From Geosiphon pyriformis uo1 (lineage: Eukaryota; Fungi; Glomeromycota), in contig JAAOMT010000591.1 in NCBI GenBank assembly GCA_016748015.1, positions 729,050 to 793,049 on the forward strand: a stretch of DNA of 64,000 bases, read 5' to 3'. The position numbers were made by a program, and so were the translations under genes. The notes under the pieces were generated by a model that was not told the origin of the DNA, searched no databases, and worked only from the letters and a program-made list of their open reading frames with translations. Positions 1 through 12,699 of this stretch are shown here, one piece after another (position 1 is the stretch's first letter; each line of letters opens with the position of its first letter).

Positions 1-1841
1 CAGCATATCTCCCAAAATGAACTAATATTAACCATTAGCTGTGTTGTCAGATATCCAATTCTGGAAGCAAAACAGTCCATCAATTCAGATGATCTTAAAG
101 ATTGGGCTGATCAGATAAATATGGAATCAATTGCTCCTTCCTCAATTTCTGGTGTTGCTGATAGTAGTGCTTGGGAAAATATAAATGATTATTAAAAGTT
201 CTCTAGTAGAGAGCCTCCAATCTAGTACTTAGTGCTACATTTAGGATTAAAATGACTCTGCTTAATTTCTTGTTTTAGTTGTTACCAGACTGTATTGGGT
301 TTAAGTCTGTTTTAAGAGATGCCATTAAGTTGTTTTGTGTAGAATTTGCATCTTAAGAGTATCTAAATGATGCTATTAAAGTGGCCATTGGTAATGAGAT
401 TTTCTTAACCACTCTTAAGATTGCAAGATTTTTTGATGTGGCTTTTGTCTTTTCCCTTCCTTTGTCATGATATACCTTTGAGTACCTCTTTTGATAATAT
501 CAAAGCTGCTTTTGGTGGTTTTGGTGTTGTTACTTTAGTCAAGTTAAAGCCTGTTGGCTTGTGACAATATGCTGTAATTTAATTTAAAAATGCTTTTTTT
601 GCTGCTGTTGCTCTTGGTTACTGGTCAGTATTGGTCAGAAAAGACAGTATTAAAATTTTATCTTTAGTTAACCAAAAGGAGGTTATTGTTTCAAGAGACA
701 CTTTTAAGGCTAAGTTGGTCAATCTTCCTTTTGGCTGTACTGCCTATGAGATTAGTGATTTGGTCTTTCAAATTGGTGGCCATATTTGTTTTATTTCCTG
801 CTTCCCTGAGTCATACCAGCATTAATGGTTTGTTGTGGTTATCTTTGATTCTTTAGAATCTTTGAACTTTGCTGTATCAAAAACTGGTACTCTACATAGT
901 TGTCACATTTGATGGGAAACTCTTGGATGTCACTACTGCTACAAATGTCAAGATTTGGATTATTTGGCTGTGAATTGCAAAGTGTTGCCACTTTTTTCTT
1001 CCAAAGTTTTTTTCAACTCTGTTAATAGTTCTAAAGTTTTCGAATTTTCATTTGCTGGTGCTAAATCCTATGCTAAAGCTGTTTCTGTGATTCTTCTAAT
1101 TGCTTCTGCTGCTGATGTGGATTCTGTAATTGGTGCACCTTCCAAAGCTAGATTACTCTTGGTTCCTGTTGTTTCCCTTGTTCTAAATTCTGTTGTTGAA
1201 TCTAGGTTGGCTTCTATGGAATTTCATTTTGATAAGTTGTTTTTATTGATCAAGTCTATAATTGAATCTGTTGGTTCTCTGGTTGTTTTGGTTATCAAAC
1301 TGCTGTTTATTCTGCCTGCTGTGGATGTGATAATAGATGAAAGTTTGATTGAAGTAGAAAAACAAGTCAAAGTTGTAACTGCTGTGGTTTCCATGCTGTA
1401 AAGAGACATGAGATCTCTGAGGAAAAAGTGTGACCAGGTTTCTTTGGAAAAAGCATTTAATGATAAAAACATGGATGATAATAATGATGATGATAAAGAT
1501 TTTTCAGTTTATAATGACACCTTTAATGTTATGATACATTTATAGGAGAATTAGCTTTCTAGTATCAAGTTCAATTCTGATAAGACTGCTAAGTAAATGA
1601 GTGATATGGTTAAGAATAGTTATGAGCTTGTTAGTATTATAAGTAAGATATATGAATTAGATATGTTTAACACATTATGTAGCAAAAGTAATACTAGTAT
1701 GTAGTTAGGGCTTTTCACTTATGATTAGCTGCATTTTGTGATTTTGTATTATTGGATAAGCTGGCTTTATAAAAGTGCCATATTACTGTAGACATAATTA
1801 ATAAATGACCAGTGTGGCTACATGTTAACACAAAAAAAAAA
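1..1841 (+). mobile_element. ORF1-only non-LTR retroposon, copy 1 (5' end outside window): degenerate RRM + CCHC knuckle + coiled-coil ORF, 3' UTR, poly(A)
   Basis: Homologous to 21114-23090 and 52309-54435 (FKAKLVNLPFGCTAYEISDLV, CYKCQDLDYLAVNC, SRLASMEFHF). Stop at 1702-1704, A10 at 1832-1841, no ORF2. Confidence 0.8.
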
Positions 1842-2161
1842 TACTTGAGGTGAAATGAGTTTTGTATCCAAGAAACCAAATCTTTGTATTAGGGTTTTGG
1901 TTTTTTTAGCAATAGTTAAAACTCTTGGGACATCTAACTGTATAATGTTCCAAATTTTTGCCTGTATCTTTAAAGTGGTTTTTTTCATGAGTTTTATATT
2001 CTTTATGATTTCTCCAAGGTGACCATAGAGTTCTAATTGTCTTCTATATAACAAATTTTTGTTTATGAGCAAGATTTCTTAGATGGTTTTTCCAATTGTG
2101 TTAGAAGATAAAAATATAACTGCTGTTATATTTTCTAACAGATATTTATTTATTTTGCTAC
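1842..2161 (-). mobile_element. Fragment of Ty3/gypsy family A ORF3
   Basis: QLELYGHLGEII...QLDVPRVLTIAKKTKTLIQRFG matches 19348-19557. Confidence 0.85.
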
Positions 2162-2889
2162 TGTTATGAATTGAAGTAACAAGCTAATAAATAGTAAGAG
2201 AAAACAGAATTGTAGGATAATGGAAATAATCAAAAGAAATTCAACTTCAAAGAGCAAATTGAATAAGTATGAATTCAATATGCAAGATCAGTCTCATAAA
2301 ATATTTCAGTCACTATTCTTTTCAAAAGGTAACTGGAGAATCTGAAGGTAGAAATGATCACATTTGGTATAATTCTATGCCTCATATCGGCACTTTTAGA
2401 ATTTAATATCAAGTATCAGATGTGTTCTTCAGTTATGTTTTATTCAATAATCTTCAAATACTACACTTATACGTTTTAGGAAAAGGGTAAAAAATAACCA
2501 ACAAGTAATTTTTTATCCCAAGATGTTCAGATACTTAAAAGTAGAAAAAGAGAAATTAGCAATAAGAGAATGATTGAGATGAAAGTTGTTATTTTATTTA
2601 TTTGATTTCCTTAATTTCTTTATGCTTTTTTACAGTTAAAAGATTCATTGCTTATATAGCTATCAAAAGTGGTTAATGATCAGGTCAACAACTAGGTCAA
2701 TAATCAGGTCAATAATTAGGTTAATGATCAGATCATTGATTAAGTCAATGATTAGGTCAATAATCAGATCAACAGTTAGGTTATTGATCAGGTCAATGAT
2801 TACTTTCTAAAAATAAAGTGGCTAATTATATGACATCAGTGGCTAATACATGTGATAATTAATAAGAAATATAGATTTCAATTGTAATA
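2162..2889 (-). repeat. Family A LTR with 12-bp tandem repeats
   Basis: Follows PPT GGAGAAGATGA on the minus strand, ends ...TAACA, similar to 19686-20363 and 29967-30692. Confidence 0.85.
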
Positions 2890-4855
2890 TCATCTTCTCC
2901 AAAGAGATTGAGCTCCAGCAAAATCAAGCTATTCATGAAGTAATCTATTTGAAGATTTTATCTAATTCAAAACTAACTAGTTTGTTAAAGTCTTTTGTAG
3001 ATAAAATGTATAGAACTTGAAGCGAGATGAGCTTAGTGTCCAAGAGACCAAATTTTTGTATAAGAATTTTGGCTCTTTTTGCAATGATCAATACTCTTGG
3101 GACATCTAATCATATAATACACAAAATTTCTACTTGTATCTTAAAAGTTGTTTTCTTCATAAGCTTCATGTTTTCTATGATTTCACCAAGGCAATCATAG
3201 AGTTTTAGTTGTTTTTTATATGACAAGTTTTTGTTTATGGGCAAGATTTTCTTAATTGTTTTTCCAATTGTGATGGAAGGTACAAGTATTGCTGCTGTTA
3301 TGCTTTTCAGCAAATACTTATTTATTTTGCTACCAATTTTTTCTCTTCTGGTAGTAATTTTTTTGGAATTAATAACAGTATGTGTTTCACTATTATCAGT
3401 TATGGTGGTCTACTTTTCAATAATCAGAGTAGCATTTGAATAGTTTTTGATCCAATACTTATGGAGAATATAGAAAGTGTTTTGAATGTTTTGATCCAGA
3501 AAATAATTGTTCATATTAATTGAAGATACCTCTGTTTTGAAAATGGTGCATTTATTTATACTTGATTTTTGCTGATCATTTAAGTCAGTATTATCACAAC
3601 AGACAATCAATCAGGTCATTTATGATATTTCTTGAGTTATGTATTATAAACAGGATGATTATTGAAGATTGTTTTGGATTGATCTTAAAGAATATAAGAA
3701 CCATTGTTCAAAACTTTGTTGACTATAAAAAGTTCTTTCCACTGGCTAGAGAATTTATTACCATAGACATTGTCTCTGTCTGAATGGTATTCTAGTACCA
3801 AGTCACTAACATTTAAAGAAAGTGTTTTATAAGTTTTTTTTTTCTTAAGCTTTTCTTGAAACTGTTTTATCTTTTTAAAAGCAATTATTTATGCTTCTAC
3901 CAAGGAGTCAAGAATAGTACCAAGTTTTTTTTGCAATATGTCTTTGTAATTTTTTATTGTGATTTCTTTAAAGGGTATTGTCTCAATATCAGTTTCTATT
4001 AATAGTGTTGCCATGTGTTTATAGAATAGATAAAAAGGTTCATAACTTGTTATGTTATGATTCACAGTTCTATAAGCAAACAAAACTAAAAACAGTACTT
4101 TGTCTCATAAGTTTGTTTTTTTACTGGTTTTGATTAGGGTTTTACATAGTGTTCTATTGAAATGTTCCTCTAAGCCATTTGTTTGGAGGTAATAAGAAGA
4201 GGAAAGTTTATAACATATTCCTATTTTTCTACAAAGTTTTTTAACCAGTGTACTGAAAAAAACTCTTTCTCTATCAGATAAAAGTTCTTTAAAGCAGTCA
4301 TAATGGCAAATAATATCTTCATAAATAAAATTGGCTATTGAGACTGCTGTTTAATCTGAAGTGGCTCTTGCTTTTACCCACTTTGTAAGATAGTTAGTAG
4401 CTGTGATAATATATCTGTTGCTATCAGGAGTTATTGTTAAAGATCCAACAACATCTATACCAATTCTGTTAAATGGTTAACCAACAAAGATTGGATAGAT
4501 ATCTTTTTTGTAATTGGGTTTGCTTTTTCTTTGGCAGATATCACAGGTTTTGATGTATTCAGCAATGTTTTTTTCTAAGATAGACCAATAATAGTGAGCT
4601 AAAGTTTTCTGAATTGTTTTTGTTTTTCCAAAGTGTCTAGCTAATGGGTCAATATGCATGTTATATATTACAATTTCTCTTTTTTCAAATCTAATAACTC
4701 TCTGGGGACAGTTAAGATCTTTTTTATTTCTTTTATATAGCTGGTTCTGGTGAATTAAATAGAAATTTGATTGTTTGCACAATTGTTTTTTTTGCTGTCG
4801 AGTGTATTCTGGTGGGTATTGTCCTTTACCCAAAAATTCCATTAAGGCAAAGTAG
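2162..4855 (-). mobile_element. Ty3/gypsy family A, 3' part (integrase, ORF3, PPT, 3' LTR), degenerate
   Basis: HHCC integrase motif (H..PLARH...C DIC) in 4477-4842; ORF3 ~2859-3514; reverse complement matches 17720-20363. Confidence 0.9.
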
Positions 4856-5333
4856 CCTTTTATGCTTTTAACCTAATTGATGATGATTATAATATGGATG
4901 AACTAGCAATCAACACCTCTGAATCAATCAGAAAAAAAAAGAAAGCCAAGATTAATTTTGTTTTGGACCCAAATAAAGTATCTAAATTATTTGCTGATAA
5001 CAATAAGCTACCAAAGGTTAAGGTTTTTAAAAATCCTCCAAAGTTAGAATCCCCAGAAATTGTACAAAAATCTGGACCCTATTCTGTTGTTAAAGATTTT
5101 ATAAAAACCTCAGCACACATTATATTTGGTCAACTGATAACTCATCTACAGTTCAGAAAAGATCTTCACAAATTATTGATACCAAAGAAGAAGACACCAA
5201 AGACCAACAAATGCTTTCACCAAGCTGAACTTGCTGATAACAGCAATGTCACCCCTCTGATTTGTAAAGCCCAAGTGGCTGATTACTTCATCAATCTGAT
5301 CCTAAACAGTGAATTATCTATTAGTGTAATTGC

Positions 5334-6206
5334 TGTTATGAGTGATTATTTGGAGTCTCAAATCAAATAACAAACCTGTAACTTGGTGTTCAGTATCTAC
5401 TCTGATGGATGATGGTGGTAATGTTGATATGTTGTTTTTATTTGAAGGTTTTGATTAAGAGTTTTTTGTATGATAGACAGAGATTCAATGACAATATAGT
5501 TGGTTGGTGAGTTGTGTTCCCAATTTCTGTCTTCAATTTGGTGGCCAGTTTATTCTGGCAGTTGTGCCCTTCTGATAAGCTATCCATTAATATATATATA
5601 ATTTTACCTTTATTTCTGGGTCTTTTACCAGACTATCTGTAACATCAATTACTCAGTGCTTTAATCTCTTAATCAGTTAGTATATAACAATAAAATCAAG
5701 AAAGAAAATAAAAGAAAATAAAGAAATAAGCCAAGGCAATATGCAAGTTAGTATTTGTTAATAGCTATAATCAAGAGCTATTGTTCTAGTGTGGTTAAGT
5801 ATCACTTACTATCAACATGAAGTGTTGATAGTGGAGAGTGAATTGAAATGATGAATAATTATTTATTAATATTTATGAATGAAAAGTTGCTTAGATGAAA
5901 TCTAAACTAAAAGATCTTTAATACAAGAATTTTGCTTTTTCTACTTTTAATGTTACCACTATATATACATATTTGATGTTCTACAAGATCACTTACATTC
6001 TCGAGCAATGTGCTATGATTTCTTGAGCAATGCTCACATTGCTAAGCAATGTGCCCTAATTTTCTAACATCACTCCACATTGCTGAGCAATGTGCTGTGT
6101 TTTCTATTATTGCTCTCTATTGTTGAGCAATGTGTTCACGTGCTAAATACTATTCACTTATTGGTCCATTATTTTCCCTTTATCTGTTTTTTTTTTATAA
6201 GTAACA
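5334..6206 (-). repeat. Family B 3' LTR
   Basis: Direct repeat of 14586-15479; preceded on the minus strand by purine tract AAAAAGAAGAAAATAA. Confidence 0.93.
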
Positions 6207-6856
6207 TTATTTTCTTCTTTTTAATATTGAGCTTTATCAAAATCTTCATTTTGAATTAGCTCTAATATTTCTTTTTTTAGTATTGTTTATTCAACTTTAT
6301 TTTTCATGTCTTCTACTTGTATATTGTTTATTCTTTCTCATTGGTTAATGGTTATGGTTTTTATGTCTAAGTGTAACAGTAGTTTTGGATAGTTCTGAAA
6401 TATGTTGTGCAGTCGATAAATTGTTTTCACATGTAGTATCGAGTTTGTTTTCTTTCCAATAAATTCTTCAATTTGCTGTATTATGTTTTGGTTGAATATT
6501 CTCTTGGATTTGTCAATATACAACTCCTAAATATTTAACTTTTGACCTAACTGGTAGTAACAGCATGATATTGGAAGTTGTTCTGTCCATTGTTTTCAAT
6601 TCTCTTTTGTAAGTTCTTCTGTTAGTGTCATAATAGATATTTTCCCAAAAGTATTCTTTACTTTTTCTATTATGTTATTTAACCAGTTTTTATCACTTTT
6701 TGGTATCCATTAATATGGTGTATTCTTTGTCTTTCTTTTGGTGTTTCAATAGCAAATTGTTTGGTTGTTAATGATAATTTCCATGTTTAACAATTGTTGA
6801 CTTAATGTCTAAAATAATTGTTGAGCTATAATGTGAATATGATCTGGTATTTCCAT
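6200..6856 (-). pseudogene. Family B ORF3 (~215 codons, unknown function) between IN and 3' LTR
   Basis: Single frame MEIPDHIHIIAQQLF...CYYQLGQKL...IYRLHNIFQNYP..., broken only by stops explicable by C>T/G>A. Confidence 0.7.
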
Positions 6857-6999
6857 TTTCTTGGTTGCTTTTGTCGCATATACTGTGTCTTTATATACTC
6901 TTTTTATTGTTTGATTTTACATGTTTGGTCTAATAATTATGATTGGTTCCAGATCTCGTGGAATCTCATTTGGTTGGACTAGTATTCATTGTACTCCTA

Positions 7000-8260
7000 A
7001 TTGTAAAATGTTATTGGTGCTATTTGGTGGTATGGTTTCAGTCAATCATCATGTGCTGCTTTGGCTAAGATTTTGTTGTCTCATCTTAATTTATAAGCTT
7101 TATTTCCAAGAATTTCTTCTATGTGAAATGGTCTGTCCCATTTGGGGTCGAATTTTCCACTCTATTGTTTTTCTATTTTGGTACAATATAAAAGTACTTT
7201 GTCTCCAATTTTGAATTCAACTGGTTTATCTGGTAATTGGTTATTGTGTTATTCTTTTTGCTTCTCTTGAGACTTTTGGATGTTATCAGTTGCTTTTCAT
7301 TGTTTGTTTTCTAGTGTTTCCATTAAGTCATATGTTCTTTTCAACAATGTTTCTTAGAAATTAGCTTTTGTTATTGGTTCAGTTGGATATGTGTTGACCT
7401 CTATTTCAACTGGTAATGTTGCTGTTCTACTATATACTAATTTAAATGGTATTGTTTGTATAGTATCTTGTCTCATTGTCCAATAAGTAAATAATACTGA
7501 TGGTATAAACAAATCTCATTCATTTTGGTTTTCTTAACTGATTTTGGCAATTGTTTCACACAATGTTCTATTGAATCTTTCAACTAGTTCATTGGTTTGT
7601 GGATGATATGGTGATGATAATGGTCTTTTTATCCCAAATTTTTGACTTAATTCTGTTAAAGTTCTATTTACAAAATAAGTTCCTTAATCTGATAGTAGTT
7701 CTTTTGGACATCTATGTCGACAGATCAAATCTTGATGGACAAATTCAGCAATAGATTCTGCATCTGCTCTTTGAATGGCTTTTGCTTCTGGCCATTTAGT
7801 AAGATAATTTATGGCTATTGCAATATATCTGTTGCCTTTGCTAGTAATTGTTAGTGGTCTAATTAAATCAATTTCAATTTAATCAAATAGTTGTCCTACT
7901 TTAATTGGTCTTAATAGTTCACTTGGTCTTGTTCTTTTTCTTCTCTGACAAGCATTACAATTCTGAACATATTGGATGATGTCTGGATATATTAATGGCC
8001 AATAGTATCTTTTTCTGGTTCTTTCTATGGTTGCTTCTTTATGAAAATGTCCTGCTGTTGGATCTGAGTACATGTTAAACAATATTGTTTCTTTTTCTGT
8101 TTCTGTAATTACTCTGGTTAGTTGGTCTGGATTTCTTCTGTTTTTCCAGTAAAGTATATTTTGATGATTGATGAAATATTTTGATTGCTGTTTTATGTTG
8201 TTTTTTTCTTTATGAGATAATTTTTCCTTGAAAAATTGTGTATTTATATAATACTGAAGT
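7000..8260 (-). pseudogene. Family B integrase
   Basis: YSDPTAGHF...YYWP...CNACQR, SPYHPQTNELVERFNRTL, C-terminal WDRPFHI (GPF-like). Confidence 0.9.
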
Positions 8261-8329
8261 TATTGGTATTTTTGTGTGTTCATCTTTTGTTATATTTTTG
8301 GGTTGAAATGTTTTTTAGATTTGTCTCAT

Positions 8330-9620
8330 TCATGACAATCCGTTGGCATTTCCATTGTCTTTTCTCTTTTTATAATGTACTGTATAATTGAATGGTAAAA
8401 GTTCTATTTTTTATCTGACATGGCAATTGTCTCCAAATTCTTGCTTCTGGATTGAAGTCAGTTTTTTGTGGTCTATATAAACATTAAATTTTTGACTCAA
8501 GTATTCTTTCTATTTGGTAACAGCCCAATAGATAGCTAAGTGTTTTAGTGTTAGAGTTCCATAGTTCTTCTCAGCTAAACTTAAGCTTCTATTGGCATAA
8601 GCTACTGGATGTTCTTGTCCATCTGGTTTTTTCTGTAAGAGTACTGCTCCTAATGCTTGGTCTGATGCATTGGTGGTAATTATGAATGGTTTGCTATGGT
8701 CTGGATACATCAATACTGGAGCTTGGATAAGCTTTCTTCTTAATATGTTAAAAGCTTCTTGTTGAGTTTCTGTCCATTCATATTTTACATTCTTTGTTTG
8801 GAGTTGGTGTAGTGGTTAAGCTATTTTGGAAAAGTCCTTGATGAAGCAGTGGTAATATCCAGCAAATTCTAAGAATGCTCTCAATTCTGTGAAATTATTT
8901 GGTACTGGAAAGTTCTTGACAATCTCAATTTTGTCTGGATCTGTTTTAATTCCATTTTTGTTTACTACATGTTCCAAAAACTTGAGTTCAGTTTTTCCAA
9001 AGAAACATTTGGTTGCATTTAGTTTCAATCCTGCTCTTCTTAACCTTTCAAACACTTGTTGGAGATGATACAGATGATTATCAAATATTTTTGAGAACAC
9101 ATTGGTGTTATCCAAGTATACAATTACTGATTTTCATAGTAATTCAGTATAAACAATTTCCATAAGCCATTGAAATGTTACTGGAGTGTTCATCAAGCCA
9201 AATGGCATGACTTCAAACTTAAAATTTCTCTCTCTTGTAGTAAATGCTGTTTTCTCTTTGTCGGCTGGGTTCATGGCTACTTGTCAGTAACCACTATCTA
9301 AATCCAGTGTCAAGAACTATTTATTTTCTCCAAAAGTGTCAAATAGTTCTTGGATCTCTGGAGTTGGATAGCTATCACCTTTTGTTACTCCATTCAGTTT
9401 TTGGTAGTCTACACAAAAACAAATTTTCCCATTTTTCTTATAGACCAGTACCACTGATGATAACTATGAACTCATTGATGACTGAATTAGCCTATTGTCA
9501 AGCATTCAGTTAATTTTTTGATGAATGATTTCATGGCTAGCTGGTAGTACTCTGTATGCTTTTTGTTTAATTGACATTGCATTTCCAGTCTTGATCTGAT
9601 GCTGGATGATGTTGGTTCAG
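8330..9620 (-). pseudogene. Family B reverse transcriptase / RNase H
   Basis: VMPFGL, YLDN, LKLNATKCFF, FIITTNASDQALGAVLLQ, PVAYANRSL. Confidence 0.9.
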
Positions 9621-10146
9621 CCAAATTCATTTTTACTGGCAAAGATGTCATTGAAATTGTTAAGTAACATCTTAAATTGCATCTGTTGAAGTGGATCTAG
9701 ATTCCCCATGTTCATTTGTTCTAATTGTTCTGGTTGGAACAGATAACATTTACTTCTTTTATAGATGGTTTGTAATGTAATGTCCACATATCTGCAAAGC
9801 TGTGGAAAATCTGGAATGTGGTTTAGTGGTTGATTCTCTATTTCGGTGGTTAAATATCCAATAATGGTTCCTTTTGGTATTTTAATAACACTTCCAGTTG
9901 TGTTGTAGATGAGAATTTTGATATTTTTGGGGCTTTTGGCTGATATGTAGAAATTAGTGAGTCCAATCTCTTCTGATTCACAAATGGTGGCTTCTGTTTC
10001 AAACAATTGAGCTTGATTCTTTACTTCTCTTTTTATGGCTAACATATACTGGTCATATGGTGGAATGGAAATTGGTTGATGGGTTGAGATAATTTCTCCT
10101 TTGTTAATAATTTCTTCCTCTGCCATATTGACTGGTATATCTATTT

Positions 10147-10540
10147 TACCTGTTGATCCGAATCCTTGTATCCTTCTAGCTGTCATACCTAGTTCTTTTC
10201 TCTTTCCTACTGAAACTAACTGAGCTATTTTCACCAGAGTTAAAAATATTGCCTGTGCTATCTTTTCATTTGGCTCTATAATATAGGTCTTTTTTGAGTC
10301 ATTTTGTAACATGGTGATGATATTTCTTATGTATCCTGCATCAATTATTCCTCCTCTGATGTTGATTCCCTTTTTTGCTAAACTACTCCTAGATGCTAAT
10401 TGAACCATAGTTGTTGCTGAAATTTCCAGAGCTATTTTGAGATCAATACATGTGCACGAATTTGGTTCCAATTTGATGGCTTCTCTTTCTGAATATCTCA
10501 GATCAAACCCTGCATCAGTATTATGCACACGTTCTGACAT
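10147..10540 (-). CDS. dUTPase domain within family B pol, between PR and RT
   Basis: All five trimeric dUTPase motifs are visible: AGFDL, SRSSLA, GIIDAGY, EKIAQ, R..QGFGSTG. Confidence 0.92.
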
Positions 10541-11739
10541 GATACCTTTATTATTGTCACTATATTATTTGAGTTCCTGCTCCTTAGAAAAATCAAGAAA
10601 TGCAATATATATTTCTGGATTTAAATTGGGGTCTGACTTATTGATATTTGTGTTGCCATATTGAGTAGAACTGAAACTGGTGTTTTTGTTATCATTATTG
10701 TCAGAGTTTAAATTGAGATTGAAAACTAATTCTGATTCTGGTGTGCAGCTGCTGATTGGTTCTTCTTTTGGAATTGTGTAGATCATGTGTGGTGGTAGAT
10801 TGTAAATAAGATCACATTCATTACAATATTGAAAGTCACAGGAAATTAAGCAATGTTGACATAATCAAGTATTCAACTGCTCCAAACACTGCTTCTGTTC
10901 TTCTCTGGTAGGTGTTAGCTCTTGATAATGTTCATGGAATTGTTTTGGATCTATAAGATTTATGACTGGTTCTGAGTTCCAGTTAAGTTCTATAAGTTCA
11001 GGTGGGTTATTTTTAATTGTTTTTATTTCTTCTGGGGTTGCTCCTTCGATTTTGGCAAGTGCCATTTGCCAGATCTTGTCATCATCATGTGGACATCCGT
11101 CCAGATGTTTGATAGCTTGTCTTTAGGCAGTGTCTATGGGCATTCTTTTTTTCATCCAGTCACTTATGAGAATTATGTATTGACATGATTTGTCACACAT
11201 TCCTTCTTGCCCAAGAATATTGTTCCACATTCTTTTGTTCAGAAGAGTTTCTCCACAAGCCAGACAGGATTTGTTATTCCATTTTCCTACTTGTTTTGGT
11301 CTTCCAAAATGTTCAAAGACGCATAGGTGGCAATAAAATTTGGTTGCCAAATTATATTCCTCATTGTCACCACAGTAAGCACTCATTGATGACAATTTCT
11401 TGTTGCAATTGACACATGTTGTGGTATAGTGTAGAAATTATAAGTGGTGGTGCTGGTGAATATTAATTCTTCTTCCTTCCCCTTTCCTTTTTCTTTTGTC
11501 TTTTCTTCCCATTCCCAAGCTGTTAGTTTTTCTGAATTGTGGTTGGTTTTTTAGTCTTGGTCGGCATACCAGATAAGTTCTTTTCTTTGCTTTTCTTTGC
11601 TGTTGTCATTCCATGAAGATACTGGCAGCAGTTTGTTGTGTTCTGTGTTGGCTCAGGAAACTTAGTAGGCTTCTCAAGTAGGTTTTTTCTCTTCTTCCTT
11701 GAACTCGATGAGTGGTGTTGTCAAGTTAATAGTCTTAAA

Positions 11740-12156
11740 ATGGTCACACGTGGCTGGTACATGTGTGTGTTGACTGTTATGGCTTAGTTGAAGCTCCTGT
11801 GTCATCCAGTCCAGTATGGCATTGATTTTAGATAACCAGTCATTTCCTACTAATGCCTAATATTGGGTTGCTTCTATTACTCAAACTTTGATGAAAATGA
11901 TAATGCCATTCACTTCAAAAAAGAAGTCATCAATCTCATCAATAGGAGTTTTGGTGGCTTCATCAGCAGTTATGATCCTGGTGCTGGCAGTATGATTAAC
12001 TCGGTGACCTAATTGGTCTATAAGTTGTTTTGTAATGATGCTGCCAGCTAATTCACTGTCTAGGATCAGTTTGATGAAGTGGCCATCAACTTTGGCATTA
12101 GTGTACATGGCAGTAATAAGTTTTTCTTCCAGAGCAGCTTCACTAAATAACAGCAT
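11740..12156 (-). pseudogene. Family B aspartic protease
   Basis: KLILDS(E/G) active-site motif, downstream ALVGNDWL. Confidence 0.8.
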
Positions 12157-12699
12157 GGTTAACAGTTCTTTGAGTTTAAATGGGAAGATGGTGTCCAGTG
12201 ATTTGTTCTTGGTAATGGTAGCTGGTGAAATGTTGCTGGTAAGTGTTGGGTGTTGGTTGGTTTCCAGATTATTGAGTTGAGCATCTTCTGAGGTAACCAG
12301 TAGACTTAAATAGTTCTGGGAATTTGGGTTTTGGGTGTACCCAGTGCCTGAATTCTGTTGTCAAGATTCTGCTGGTTGTGTAGAAGAACTGGAGATCAGT
12401 TGGTGAACTACTATTAACAATTTCCAGCTTTGTTGGATTAATCTTGGCCTTTGAATTTTGTTTTGAAGTAAGTTCTGTGGTGGTGTTTGGATTTGCTGGG
12501 GCTGATAAATTACCTGTGGCTGTGGCTGATAAATGGGTTGCGACTGCAGCTGATAAATTGCTGATGTCATTAGTTGATAAACTGGTGCTTGATATACTGG
12601 TGGTTGATAAAGTGACAGCTGTATTATAGGTAGGTAATTTTGATAATATGGCTCTGAGTTTGGTAGGTTATTTGGAATTTGAAACCAGCAATTGGGGTT

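Noticed and set aside
5990-6140. CRISPR-like palindromic repeat array
   Set aside because: It lies inside a eukaryotic LTR, the spacers are themselves repeats, and there are no cas genes.
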